Positions 41,640 to 55,522 of a DNA stretch of 64,000 nucleotides are shown piece by piece. This DNA is from Octopus vulgaris. Lineage: Eukaryota. Positions within the stretch are counted from its first letter, which is position 1. Each line of letters starts with the position of its first letter. Below the pieces are notes generated by a model. It saw nothing but the letters and a program-made list of their open reading frames with translations, did not search any database and was not told the DNA's origin. Position numbers and translations under genes: made by a program. The stretch lies in the NCBI GenBank assembly GCA_951406725.2, contig OX597827.1:21018001-21082000 (forward strand), in the 5' to 3' direction.

Positions 41640-42246
41640 TTTTACACTAATTTATTTAAAAAAAAACTAAGGGTTTAAGAAGTTATTATTGTTACTCCCT
41701 ACATGATATTTATAGTTTCTTAGTGGTACTTGTTTAGAAGAGTTATTTATATAAAGGCCCTTATAAATACTAAGATCAGGAGGGTTGAGCCATTTAAGAA
41801 AGAGATAAATCAAGTAATTTCTAAAGATCATTTCAAACAATATTGTCTTATTGTATAAAGTTAAAATTTAGGGTAATCAAGAAGATTATTAAGAATGAAA
41901 TTTTAACAAAAGGATAAAACTTCTTTGAATATTTTGAGTATATACCAGATTTTTACCACAATAGAGGGAGGAAAAGAAAATTGCAAAGAAATAGTTTAAT
42001 ATTTATTTACTTATTACTTATTACTTATCTGAATATTAACTTTTTATATGGTTTCTATGGAGATCGATCAATTGGATTTAACTGGTGTTTAATAAGGGAG
42101 CAACTTAAGTTAAAGAACATGTTAACTCTATACTGATTTAATTAAATTGAACTATTTTAAGTTGTCAAGATACCGGTATTCCCTTATATGAGCTGAGTAC
42201 GAATTAATAGGGGTTCGAGGATTAGATTTATTTAAGGCTACCATAA

Positions 42247-42301
<55 letters not shown>

Positions 42302-42733
42302 TCTGATATGCTAAATAGAACTGGATGCGGATATAAATGTTACGGCAAAACACTATTAAAGACAGTTCATGGATTTACCAAAGAAATAAATACGAAATTT
42401 GGATTAGAAAAATGCGCCAAAGTAACCATGAAAAGAGGAAAACTAGTTAAGAGTAGCAACATCACACTAGATAAAACCAATGAAATAAAAGAATTAGACC
42501 AAAGCCAAACTTACAAATACTTAGGAATCCATGAACTAGATAAGACACAACACACACAAATGAAAGAGAAAATAAAAAAAGAATATTATAGACGAGTTAG
42601 ATCAATACTAAAAACAGAGCTCAATGCTAAAAACAAGATAATAGGTATTAACACTTTAGCTGTCCCAGTTATAAGTTACAGCTACAATATCCTTAACTGG
42701 ACACTAAATGAACTGACCAAAATAGATAGGAAA
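42302..42733 (+). mobile_element. Non-LTR retrotransposon RT C-terminal fragment (R4/Dong-like) following (AAT)n
   Basis: FGLEKCAK, YKYLGI and INTLAVPVISYS motifs. Confidence 0.8.
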
Positions 42734-43095
42734 AGGGGAAGTGGGGAAGGCGCACACACGCACACATCAAGGTCACCAGCCCTCTTCCACAAGCGCATGA
42801 TACACTCTTATACACACGCACGCGCACCTTCGTTTTGGGATCACCACTCCTTTATTATCTCTCCTTCTTTCTAGCTCTCTTGTGTGATCCCTCTGTCCGG
42901 CATTCGCCATGATAAATCGCTACCCACTACACATACTTTATTTTCTCTCTTTTTCTTTTTTCTGTGTTCCTTTCTGTAGAAGAGCGTAGGCTCGAAACGA
43001 TAAAGATTTTTCACTTCCCGAGCGTTAAACTAATACATCTGTTTGTTGTCTACACCATCTGTCTTCGTCGTTTGTTTTTTTTTGTGAATTCTCCC

Positions 43096-43129
<34 letters not shown>

Positions 43130-43134
43130 TATAA

Positions 43135-44040
43135 TTTGAATGGAGGCAATACTAGCGGAAAACCAGAGGAACAGAGGAACTATTATCCAATATATATGTG
43201 TACTTTCTTCGACATTAATAAATCAATATAAAGTTCCAGATAATATAGTATTAAAAACAACGCAAATATTTAAAAATATTTAAAAATACGTTGGCATTTT
43301 AAAAATATATAAACACATATATAGATACATAAATAGATATAAAAACGTCGATATAATATAAGATAAAAACTTCTTTTATATGTTGCTATCATTGTGTCTT
43401 TCTTGTTGTGGAGCATCCTGATGAGGGGAGTGTCTGTTTCATTAAAATATGAAATCTATGTCGTATTATCTCACACGTCTCCGAAACGGACCCAAACTTT
43501 CCACTGGACTCCGTGTTGTAACTTGTGAATTTTTATTCCCTTGTATCTTATTGTGTGAATTAATAATTCAATAAGTCTTATATTATGTTGATGTTTTCTA
43601 TTTTGCCTGCGTATTTATATATATTTGTATTTTTAAATATTTTTAAAAACCTACGAGTTTTTATCTTATATCATATCGACGGTTTTTTTAAAATATCTAT
43701 TTATGTATCTATTTATGTGTTTATATATTTTTAAAATGCCTACATATTTTTAAATATTTGCGTATTTCTAAATATTAAATATCTATATGTTTATATACTT
43801 GTATGTTTTTAATACTATATTATCTCGAACTTTATATTGATATATTAATGTCCAATGAAAGTACACATACATACTGAATATTCTATTGGATAATAAGTCA
43901 TGTTCCTCTAGTTTTTCGCTGGTATTGCCTCCATTGAAATCATAAATTGGAACTTAGCTCAATTGGAGCACTTTGATTCTTGCCCCTGTTTCTGAGCATT
44001 GTTAAAGTTAACAATCTCTATATAAAATCTCATAATTTAT
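43135..44040. mobile_element. Fold-back element in (AT)n with a 3'-damaged hammerhead (43414-43493, +)
   Basis: 43135-43380 is the inverse of ~43650-43940. CATC-CTGATGA-GGGG...CTCC-GAAA-CGGACCC. The family recurs at 58605-60420. Confidence 0.75.
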
Positions 44041-44047
44041 ATATATA

Positions 44048-44423
44048 CTAGCAGTATCACCCGGCGTTGCTCGGGTTTGTTTCGGGTTTGGAATTTTTGA
44101 AAAGTAAAAATTTTGCATTATGTAGCTTGTTACTCTCTTTAAGTGAACATTTTTCTTGTTGAAATACACCGAAAAATGGCGACACAGCAGTAAAAAAAAT
44201 TGTAAAAAATAGGGATTTTCATAGAAAAAAAGCGCCTTTTTGAGGTAAATAATTTTTGGTCCGATTTGAATTTTTTCTTCTACAGAAGGAAGAGCAAGCC
44301 TTCTTCTATCATACTCTCAATTTTGGTCAACTTGCGCCGCAGGGTCTCGGAGGAGATAGTTTTAGTTGAAGGCTACCAAACCTACCATACACAGACAACT
44401 TCAGCTTTATATATAGAGAGAGA
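44048..44423 (-). mobile_element. Non-autonomous Helitron (different interior from 9129)
   Basis: Same 3' hairpin plus CTAG as 9129. 5' end TCTCTCTCTATATATAAAG. Confidence 0.8.
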
Positions 44424-44751
44424 TTATTAATTATTATATAAACTATAAATCGTGTATTCCTGAGATACAGGCTTGAATTCAAGTTTTAGTAAACCGTATA
44501 TAATAATATGGCTTCATGCAAATAAAACTTATAATTTTATTTACCATTTGATTTATATTTTAATATTAATAAGATATCTACTAAGAATTATTTAATCTTT
44601 ACAGTTATAGATGTTAGTATATTAATCATGAGATACTGCCTGATTCAAAGTTTGAGTAATCTTTGTATTGCATTTAATTTTCTTAACGGGGGTTTTTGAA
44701 AACATGTTTACAACCAACACATTGAGTGTAGCTCCTTTCTATTGAATTCTT

Positions 44752-44845
44752 CCCCTGATGAAATATCCAATTAATGATATTCAATATGAAAATTTAATTT
44801 AATTCCTCAAATTCAATTAATTGGGCATCGAAACAGCTGTAGGAG
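44752..44845 (+). ncRNA. Hammerhead motif, long stem II, partly decayed
   Basis: CC-CTGATGA-..CCAATTAA...TTAATTGG..-GAAA-CAGCTG-TA-GG. Confidence 0.6.
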
Positions 44846-44930
44846 CAAGGAATTTAATAGTGTATAGAATTGAATATGTTCAAATAAAATGATGTCTCTA
44901 CACCAGTTTCTCCATTTCCTTTTTCTATTG

Positions 44931-44994
<64 letters not shown>

Positions 44995-45001
44995 CACACA
45001 C

Positions 45002-45645
45002 GCAAGGTCTGATCAATAAATATCGGGACTGTTGCCATAGATGTGAAGCTAAAGCACCCAGAGTAAAGCTGCTTGGCACAAATTGACCTTGAAATCTGCT
45101 GTGTATGTGTATGTGCACTACATTTTAATGTTCTAGCTCACTTCCGCTGTTTATAGCAGTGCTTAGAAGGAAGGTGTGTAGTGTGTGTGATCACTGCATT
45201 GACCATGACAGAAAAAGTTGTCATGGTGATACCAGCTCAGAGGCCTACGCAAAGCTGTAAAAAGTGTATGGAGAGGAGTGTATGAGCTGCATACAAGTGT
45301 ATGTGTGGTTCAGATGTTTCCAAGATGGCCGAAATATATTCTGGGAGACCCGCAGCCAGCAGAAATCATCACAGATATGCATGCAGCTATGAGGGGAAAT
45401 CGTTGAATCACCATCTATGAGTTATCAGAAGATGTTCAGATTAGTTCTGGTTCAGTTCAGTCGATTATCACTGAAGATTTGTGAATGAGATGCGTGTCTC
45501 CAAGTTTGTGCCAAAACTGCTTTCAGCTGACCAAAATGACACTTGGGTTTCAGTTGCACAAGATCTTGATTGTGTCGAGAATGATGAAAACTTTTTGAAA
45601 ACTGCGCAGGTCTCTGAGCAGGTATCACCAAGCTTTTGGCAAAAT

Positions 45646-45648
<3 letters not shown>
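45002..45648 (+). mobile_element. Mariner remnant (left TIR plus decayed transposase)
   Basis: TIR-like AAGGTCTGATCAATAAATATC. Protein fragments VWFRCFQDG and VSKFVPKLLSADQ. Confidence 0.7.
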
Positions 45649-45696
<48 letters not shown>

Positions 45697-46024
45697 GTAA
45701 TGCAATACGATTTGTGAATGAAACTAGTCAAGTGAATAAACTCTGGGACCAATCAAAAATGGCCCACACATACAAACACAAACACATGGATATATACACA
45801 CACACCATTCTGACCTCCAAGACCAGTCCCCAAATCCATTGACCCATGACAGACTAGCCCAGAAACAAAGAAATCCTTTTACTTCCACATTGCTCTTCCT
45901 TCCTCCCACCCCAACCAACCTCTCACACTATCCCTTAAAATAGCAAACATTCCAAGACAGAAAAAATGCCCAAAAGACAGGTCAGTTCCTCTCCAATTTT
46001 TTGTAAATTCTTAAATATATCTCC

Positions 46025-46082
<58 letters not shown>

Positions 46083-46835
46083 CCAAACAAACATGATTTT
46101 TATTGATCTCCAAATACTTGTTGTTGAATACCTTCTTAAATACTTTATTGTAAACTGTTTTTAACATTTTCTTATTATTATTATCAAAGAATGTATATAT
46201 GTATTATGATACTTTAGTGTCAACCAGTATTTAACACACCAAAACTTATACAAAGCTTTACATTTTACTTTTGACAATCTTTTTTTAAAAGGTGAAACTA
46301 CTCAAGTGAATAAACATTCTTAAAATTGCATTTTCAAACATATATATATATATATATTTCTTTTTTTTTTTTACTTTAGTCTATTGATACTTTTTAGTTG
46401 CTTAGTCAATCGACACGCTTTAGTAATTCCTTTTGATAACCTAGTTTAGTAGATTTGTATATACTATTTTTTTAATTGGCCTTTCTATATATTTTGTATT
46501 TTTAAGAGCATATATGTTTTACCTTCCGTGCTTTTATATATGTATTCGTTTTATATGTTGAAGGCCATGGTAATGCGATATATATATATGTATGTGTATA
46601 TATATTGTTTTTGTAATTTACTTGATCTTTACTTGCCAATTGTCATTCTAATTTTAACCTTTCTATGATATGCAATTTTCAAGATGGTGTAATTTGATTG
46701 TTCATTTTGATTCGATAGAAGGTGGGTTTTTCTCTAATATTTCATGTGTAAGCATGTATCTATATATATAGTGACATTGAAGGACGCATCTTTCGATTTA
46801 CAATCTAATATAGTAGAACATTTAGTATATGTCTG

Positions 46836-46880
<45 letters not shown>

Positions 46881-46888
<8 letters not shown>

Positions 46889-47512
46889 TCAATATAGGGT
46901 GGCAAAAAAAAAAAAAAATTTTTGTAGAATTCTTTTGCCACCAGCGGCCTAGTAGGAAAAAATTAAAATAGTCATAGACCATTTTTAAGTTCAACATCAA
47001 CAATAAAGGAACGGCCATAATAGGCCATTCACCCACTAGAAATAACAGCCAAAGCTTCAACCGCAAATAAAAGTCAATTCAGTAAACCAGGAGAAAATTT
47101 AAAAAACATTTACCCTGTAATTTCTTATACGATATACCGTTTCATCTGCTGATTAATGGTAAACTAACCTGATTAAATTAAATCAAGCCAATCTTCCACA
47201 GGCCCTCAGATTCTTCAGTAAGAAATAGCCCAAGACGGAACAGATATTTTCACGAGGCATTTCCGACGTTGCCAAGTTTATATCTGACCTAAAATTTTCA
47301 AATCGTCGCACTCGCGCCAAATTTATCGGCAGCAAATAAATATAAGCCGTCGATTCCATTACGGAATTAACCAGAAAATTCATAATTAATCAATATAGGG
47401 TCGTTCCTTTATTGTTGATGTTGAACTTAAAAATGGTCTATGACTATTTTAATTTTTTCCTACTAGGCCGCTGGTGGCAAAAGAATTCTACAAAATTTTT
47501 TTTGCCACCCTA
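46881..47512. mobile_element. ~500-bp unit, short tandem restart, then inverted segment; hammerhead-bearing
   Basis: TAATTAATCAATATAGGGT occurs at ~46882 and ~47383. 47402-47512 is the inverse of ~46893-47013. Confidence 0.8.
47120..47226 (-). ncRNA. Type I hammerhead ribozyme with extended stem II
   Basis: ATTTCTTA-CTGAAGA-ATCTG...CAGAT-GAAA-CGGTATATCG-TA-TAAGAAAT, with an 8-bp stem I. Confidence 0.88.
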
Positions 47513-47514
47513 TC

Positions 47515-48072
47515 ACATCTCACTCCTCTGGAAATTCACCATTCAAACTGACAGAAAGATAGATCCGAATAGGCCAGACATCATATTGAAAGACTTCAGA
47601 AAAAAGTCATGCCTCCTTAATTATATGACTGTCCCAATCGACATAAACTATCTTTCAAGACCTACCAAAACCTGAGCAGGTATAAAGATCTTGAAATAAA
47701 AATTAGCAAAATGTGGAACCTCAAGACTAAACCAATACCTGTTGTCATAGGTGCCCTTGGAATGATAGCAAAAGGGATTGATTCCTACCTAGCTCAGTTA
47801 CCAGGAAACCCCGAAATGGCAGAAACAAAAGATAGTGCTCATGGGAACTGCCCATATCCTATGTAAAATACTGTCCATGTAATCTCAAATTTTAAAGCAA
47901 ACTCATAATTTTCTTGTGTTTTCTTAAACATTCTCTAGAACAATACTCTGTGTAAAACCAAATATATGACACCCTAGGCATAACACCAACATGAACTTCT
48001 AACTTGTCTCTTGAGGTCTCTGGGTGAGTCTTGGAGCCAACATGTACAAATACAAAGCAAAAGACAAACATA
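47515..48072 (+). mobile_element. Decayed 3' end of an R4/Dong-like LINE ending in (AAC)n/(AAT)n
   Basis: LLWKFTIQTDRKIDPNRPDIILKD, YKDLEI and IPVVIGALG fragments. Confidence 0.75.
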
Positions 48073-48085
48073 TACCAACAACAAC

Positions 48086-48193
<108 letters not shown>

Positions 48194-48436
48194 AAGAAGA
48201 AGAAGAAGAAGAAGAACAACAACAACAACAACAACAACAACATTGAAAAATACCCCAAGACACATGACGGAGGCTGGAGGGTATATTAGCCGAAACAGTG
48301 TGTAAATTATTCCATTTTTCTATGATGTGTGCATGTGTTTGCATCCTTGTGTGTGTATGTGTGTGGCTTTCCCTTCATCCCCATCCTTTCACCCTATTGT
48401 GCTGCTGCTGTCCTAAGACCCGAAAAAATATGATAC

Positions 48437-48666
48437 CTATTTCTTTATTACCCACAAGGGGCTAAACACAGAGGGGACAAACAAGGACAGACATAGGTAT
48501 TAAGTCGATTACATCGACTCCAGTGCGTAACTGGTACTTAATTTATCGACCCCGAAAGGATGAAAGGCAAAGTCGACCTCGGCGGAATTTGAACTCAGAA
48601 CGTAGCGGCAGACGAAATACCGCTCAGCATTTCGTCCGGCGCGCTAACGTTTCTGCCAGCTCGCCG
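48437..48666 (-). mobile_element. SINE family C
   Basis: Head GGCGAGCTGGCAGAA...GAGTTCAAATTCC. Many copies in the window. Confidence 0.85.
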
Positions 48667-49056
48667 AAAAAATATGATACCGTTGCTGTATTCTTTTGTG
48701 CATGTGTGTTCGGCCACGGTTGTTGCGTGCAACATAGGAGAGCGAATCGGTGAACAACGGCGAGAGCTCGTCGGTGCTCTGGCAACACGCTCAGGCAGAA
48801 CACGGAGGCTCGATTAATCGCACAGAGGTTAAATTACTATTGACACATAGAACTGAGAACGACACACAACAGCAGACGGACCGAGCGTCAATAGAAAACA
48901 TGAATGGAACAGTAACACCCACCACTACACCACACCACATGACAGTAGGGATGGGAAGAGGGGAGAAAGGAAGAAGGGAAAAACAGTGAATAATACACAG
49001 AAGCATAGAGGGTAATACACACAAAAGTCATATATGCACTTACCTGTATACATATA

Positions 49057-49105
<49 letters not shown>

Positions 49106-49434
49106 ACACACACACACGTATATCCGTGCGTCCATGTCTTTATTTTTGAAATACTTCAATATTATTGTTGCTGTTATTGTGTTATATGTGTAAAAAAAGG
49201 TAAATAAATAAATATATGAATAGATAAATAAATAAATAAAAATATAAATATATGAATAGGCGTAGGAGTGGCTGTGTGGTAAGTAGCTTGCTTACCAGCT
49301 ACATGGTTCTGGGTTCAGTCCCACTGCGTGGCACCTTGGGCGAGTGTCTTCTACTATAGCCTCGGGCCGACCAAAGCCTTGTGAGTGGATTTGGTAGATG
49401 GAAACTGAAAAGAAGCCCGTCGTAAATATGTGTG

Positions 49435-49478
<44 letters not shown>

Positions 49479-50295
49479 ATAATTAAAAATATATGCATAC
49501 ATACAAACATATATGTACGTACCTACATCTACATGTATATATACATGCTTACATAAATAAATATACGTAAGTACAGGACGCCACAACAAGACGTAGAAAC
49601 GGGAAAAACAAAAATTTAACGACAAGTACAGGACAGGCTACACAAGGAAAAATCCAAAAATTTTTTACAAGAAAACAAGTACAGGACAAGCTACACAAGG
49701 AAAAATCCACCGTCATCAGCTGTCGCTAGTTAACTCAGGCGTGTTTCGAAGGCAAGACAGGACACTCATTAACTAGGCCTTCCTGCGAGAGAATTAAAAT
49801 AAAATTCCAAGCAGCGGGGTAAAACGGGTAAGAACACAAACAAGATGTAACAATAAAACTACACAATAAAATATAAGATAAAAATACAAGACGAGAAATA
49901 AAAAGGGAATACAATACGGGAAATCAAACAAACAAGAGGACAAATGAGAAAAACCAAACAGACGAAAAAGGCCTTTTTTGGCTAGACGAAAGATGTTGTG
50001 TGGCAGCGTAGGGAAGCAAGACTTTTCAGTAGCAGAGGCAGCGTGCGAAAGAGAGAAAGTTTTTAAGCTGGAAGTGAGAAAGAAGGAAGGAGGGGGGGAC
50101 ACGCGGCTAAGAGAGAGAAAAGGGGAAGAGTGAGAGGGAGCGAGAGTGGAGAGGGTAAAGCAAAGGGAGAGAATTGCGCGTCTTAAATATTTATATAAAA
50201 ATTGAATGGAGACAAGAAGTGGAACGAACCGACAACTCGAAACGAACCTGACGCGGGGCGCTGTCAGAGAATAATGTGATAATTAAAAATATATG

Positions 50296-50356
<61 letters not shown>

Positions 50357-51249
50357 GTGTGTATGTGTTTGTGTGTCTGTGTTTTTTCCCCTTGACAACC
50401 GATGCTGGTGTGTTTACGTCCCCGTAACTTAGCGGTTCGGCAAAATGGACCGATAGAATAAGTACTAGGCTTACAAAGGATAAGTCCTGCTCCGGCATGG
50501 CCACAGTCAAATGACTGAAACAATTAAAAGAGTAAAAAGAGAAGATAAATAAATAAATATATCTGATACATACCTGTGATGAATGTATGACAGAGGCAGA
50601 TAAAATAAATAGAACTATTTAAAGGGTATGTATGCATACAAAGCGAACCCATACACACACACATACACATACACACGCACATGAAACTTCATGGACGGCC
50701 ATAATGATGTCAATAACACAGCTAACACGGTCAGCAGCAGCGGCGGTACAACGATGGTAATAACAACAACAATAACTACCAGAATCGTTAGCATGCCGGG
50801 CGAAATGCTTAAGATTCTGAGTTCAAGTTCCGCCGAGGTCGACTTTGCCTTCCATCCTTTCGGGGTCAATGAATTAAGCACCAGTTGCGTAATGGGATCG
50901 ATCTAATCGACTGATCGCCTCCCCCAGAAATTTCGGGCCTTGTGCCTAGAGTAGAAAAGACTAACTACCACGGTGGCAACACGGTGGGTAAACACACATA
51001 CACAGAGGAATACAGGAACTGTACCAAATACTTTTTCGGGTCTTAGGACAGCAGCAACACAATAGGGAGAGACGATGGGGCTGAGGGGAGGGCCACATTG
51101 CTGCTACAAACTGTGACACACACTGAAGCATACACACACACACTCACACACACACAAACAAGGACACAAACGCATGCGCACATAAGGGTAGATATCTTAG
51201 AAAAACAGAATGGAGTAAGTGGAGCAAGAACACACACGAAAACGAAAAG

Positions 51250-51292
51250 TGTCACTGAAGAGGTCACAGATGTGACGAAAAATTTCCGGACA
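51250..51292 (+). ncRNA. Minimal hammerhead motif
   Basis: TGTCA-CTGAAGA-G-GTCAC-AGAT-GTGAC-GAAA-AATT-TC-CGGACA. Stem I is imperfect. Confidence 0.65.
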
Positions 51293-51483
51293 ATGGACAG
51301 GCATTAAAGTAATAAAATAAGGACACTAATAAACGAGTGAATAAAAATATATATAGTGCGTGTTTTTATTTGGCAAAATAAAATAATAAATAAATAAATA
51401 AAATGACCACCCTGAAGTACAACAATATCTGTTTCAACACACAATGTCACATTAAGAATCTTGCAAAACGAATTGATAAACGG

Positions 51484-51518
<35 letters not shown>

Positions 51519-51768
51519 TCACTAATATCAATGCCAAACAGTGTTTTACAACACATCTAGTATCCTACTACAATCAACAGACACTACTCACTGTGAACTG
51601 TGTCTGATGATTGCGTTAGGACTCCAGACGTGTTATAAAACAGTTTGGCATGTTCTCAGCACATGAAACTAACAGTAGCACATAAAAACATATATTGTGC
51701 TTATTAAATAATATTTATCTCTCAGCAAACGGAGTACTATTTTGTTGATCTTATCATCACGGAACAGT

Positions 51769-51876
<108 letters not shown>

Positions 51877-51975
51877 TATATATATATTGTATGTATGTAT
51901 GTATATATATTGTATGTATGTATGTATGTATGTATGTATGTATATGTATATATATATATTATGTATGTATGTATG

Positions 51976-52012
<37 letters not shown>

Positions 52013-52040
52013 GTATATATATATATATATATATATATGC

Positions 52041-52082
<42 letters not shown>

Positions 52083-52828
52083 CACAGATATGTATATACA
52101 CATATGATGGCTGACAACTCATAGACGAGTAAGACCATAGACAAAGCAATGTCTGTTCTTACTTTCAGATCCAATAAGGCTTGCAGAACACTCGAACCCT
52201 CTCCAGCCTACTGATATGAACTTGAGACAAGCCGCCTTAAGATATTTAGTGTATGTGGAGGTGGTGGTCGTGGTGGTGGTGGTGTGTGTGTGTGTGGTGA
52301 GTGCATGCGTGTGTGTGCGTGCGCGAGCGCGTGTGTGTGTGTGTGAGTGTGTGTTTGTAATGTAATCTTTAAAAAACAATCTTCGGTTGATTTCAACAGA
52401 ACTCTTTTCTAAATCGCAAAACATGTTTCTAATAAACTTTTCCGTTTCTTGAGACACTTCCTTTGTCAATTTGCTTATGTAAATTACACGCGCGCGCAAA
52501 TACACACACACACACACATTAGCTGCCAATGGTATCGTCCAGTACAAAAAAAAAACAAACTAATTAATTGGTCGACTGCTGGAACCGGCATTTGGATTAT
52601 TTTCACGGTCGTCTGGTCACATGGCATAATGGGGGGGGGGGGAGTGAAATAAAGGGGGCGGTGTGTGTGAGAGAGAAAGGGGGAGTAGAAAAGAGCAGGG
52701 AGGGGGACAGAGAAAAGGGAGGAAGTGGATGAGGACGTGAAAGAAGGGTCGGTGGGAAGGAAGAAAATGAGATGTCATTCGAGTGGAATATGAAATATTT
52801 AAGTGACGACGACGACGACGACGACGAC

Positions 52829-52890
<62 letters not shown>

Positions 52891-52895
52891 TAGAC

Positions 52896-52953
<58 letters not shown>

Positions 52954-53148
52954 GTTGGTAGGTAGGTAGGTGTAGGAGTGATAATGATGTGGGGAGAGGG
53001 GAGGAGGGGAGAATGCTGCTGCTGCTACTGCTGCTGCTGATGATGATGACGACGACGGCGGCGACAACGATGACGACGACTACGAAAAAAGATATGGGAA
53101 ACTTGGCCTGACATTTCGAGGTAAAGACAGAAAAAAAGTGAGACACAC

Positions 53149-53179
<31 letters not shown>

Positions 53180-53982
53180 CACACACACACACACACACAC
53201 ACAACACACAACACACACACACACACACACACACGGGTGCCATGGTGGATGTACTTTTCTGTATGAGAAGGTCGGGTGTCCTTTTTCCTGGTTTTTGAAA
53301 TTGAGTCTTGACTTTGGAGATGAAGTCTGGGAAACGAAGGCTGAAAGCTGTCAAAAGGAAATACTTCAGTGCAGCTTATATATACAATATATGTCACATA
53401 ATAAGGCTACCTAGGCAATTAGTAGATGAAAACTATCTGCAAGACTATTTAAAATCTAAGAGCAATAAACAAGGGACATCACTCCTATAAGATCAGCCGT
53501 ATAGGAGGTTTTACTTGTTTCTGTATTTCAAACGGTCACAAAGGGAGGTTTTGTCAACTAATTGAGCAAACAGTCTCATTTTATCAAAGTTTTCCATCTC
53601 GCCATATTACATACGTTTTTGCCAATGGACCCTTTTGACTCCCTATTTTACCCGGCTGGAGCCCCAGATCCTAGCCCTAGCCCTAACCCATTTATTGTAT
53701 GTAAAGGAAAATCCTCTGATCCTTTTCAATTTATATGTTATAAAAAAGAAATAAAAGTGTTTTCTTTGTTGTCGAAATATAAACTGGTTTATTGCTGATC
53801 ACTTTTAACAATGGAAATCTTCTATGGACCCTCAGTGTCTATCGGGATCCCGACTGAGAACTACTGCTCGAAATAGAGGAGTGTATCAATTAGGGTTGCC
53901 CCCTCCCGGGTCACCCTCACCCTTCTTTTGCAGTCATATTGTTATTAAGTATGGTAATGAGGTCTAATATTGAACTAGCCAG

Positions 53983-54564
53983 AAGGCGGTGAGCTGGCAG
54001 AATCGTTAGCACGCCGGGTGAATTGCGTAGCCGTATTTCGTCTGCCGCTACGTTCTGAGTTCAAATTCCGCTGAGGTCGACTTTGCCTTTTATCCTTTCG
54101 GGGTCGATTAAATAAGTACCAGTTACACACAGGGGTCGATATAATCGACTTGATCCGTTTGTCTGTCCTTGTTTGTCCTCTCTGTGTTTAGCCCCTTGTG
54201 GGTAGTAAAGAAATAGGTATTTCGTCTGCCGTTACGTTCTGAGTTCAAATTCCGCCGAGGTCGACTTTGCCTTTCATCCTTTCGGGGTCGATTAAATAAG
54301 TACCAGTTACGCACTAGGGTCGATATAATCGACTTAATCCATTTGTCTGTCCTTGTTTGTCCTTTCTGTGTTTAGCCCCTTGTGGGCAGTAAAGAAATAG
54401 AAATAGGTATTTCGTCTGTCTTTACGTTCTGCGTTCAAATTCCGCCGAGGTCGACTTTGCCTTTCGGGGTCGTTAAATTAAGTACCAGTTGCGTACTGGG
54501 GTCGACCTAATCGCCCGGCCCCCTCCCAAAAAGTTTCGGGGCTTGTTCCTAGAGTAGAAAAGAA
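53983..54564 (+). mobile_element. SINE family C: one full copy plus two 5'-truncated tandem copies
   Basis: GTATTTCGTCTG restarts at ~54032, ~54217 and ~54407. Confidence 0.85.
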
Positions 54565-55001
54565 TGGTAATTTATCAGGATCCCGTCTTTCTCATTCGCA
54601 AAATGAGCCCCCACCCTCTTAATTTGGCTCAGATTGCTTTCAATTTTGGTGCATCGATACAACTCTGAATTTTGATTACGATCAACCAATTACTTTTTCT
54701 CGTAAGTTAAAGAATCTGGTGTTATTTGAAATTAAAGTTGGGAAATTTGGGTAATTTTAGCCAATCAACAGATAGCGTGGCATCAGCAGCTTGTTACCAT
54801 GACAACAGTACGCTGTGTTGTGGTTCACTTCACTGTTGTCTGCGACTTTGTATTTCACTTCACGGTTGTCTGTGACGCACGTTGTTCGATGTTGATTTTT
54901 TACAATTGCTTCTTCACACCACGAGTTTCTTTTCACCCGCGTGTTTTGTTTTAATTTTACTGTGTTGGTATATTACATATTTCTGTGTTGGTATATTACA
55001 A

Positions 55002-55522
55002 AAGGCGGTGAGCTGGCAGAGTCGTTAGCACGCCGGGCGAAATGCGTAGCCGTATTTCGTCTGCCGTTACGTTCTGAGTTCAAATTTCGCCGAGGTCGAC
55101 TTTGCCGTTCATCCTTTCGGGGTCGATAAATTAAGTACCAGTTACGCACTTGGGTCAATGTAATCGACTTAATCCGTTTGTCTGTCCTTGTTTGTCCTTT
55201 CTGTGTTTAGCCCCTTGTGGGGTGGGGGGAAGGGTATATTTTTTTTCTTCACAAATGTAAATAAACCCAATCTGTTTCTTAAACGAGGGACACGTTCATA
55301 CAGCACAGAATGCTTTTTAACTCAATCGACGTCACTGATTGGTTGAAATTGCAGAACTTGAAGAAAAAAACAACAACAAATATCTTACAAACTATAGAAT
55401 TTTCTCAATAAAGCCAAGAGAAAAAGATGTTTTATAAACACATTCTACCAGTATACGAAGTTTAAAATTTTTTAGTTACCTAGAAATTATGTTAAAAACT
55501 GCCGTTCAAACCAAAAAGATCC
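55002..55522 (+). mobile_element. SINE C fused to the right part of a Merlin-like MITE
   Basis: SINE runs to ~55221, then the MITE body ends CCGTTCAAACCAAAAAGATCC. Confidence 0.75.

Noticed and set aside
51530-51652. Hairpin containing CTGATGA at 51604
   Set aside because: GAAA and the cleavage triplet are not intact and the stems are unconvincing. At most a dead relic.
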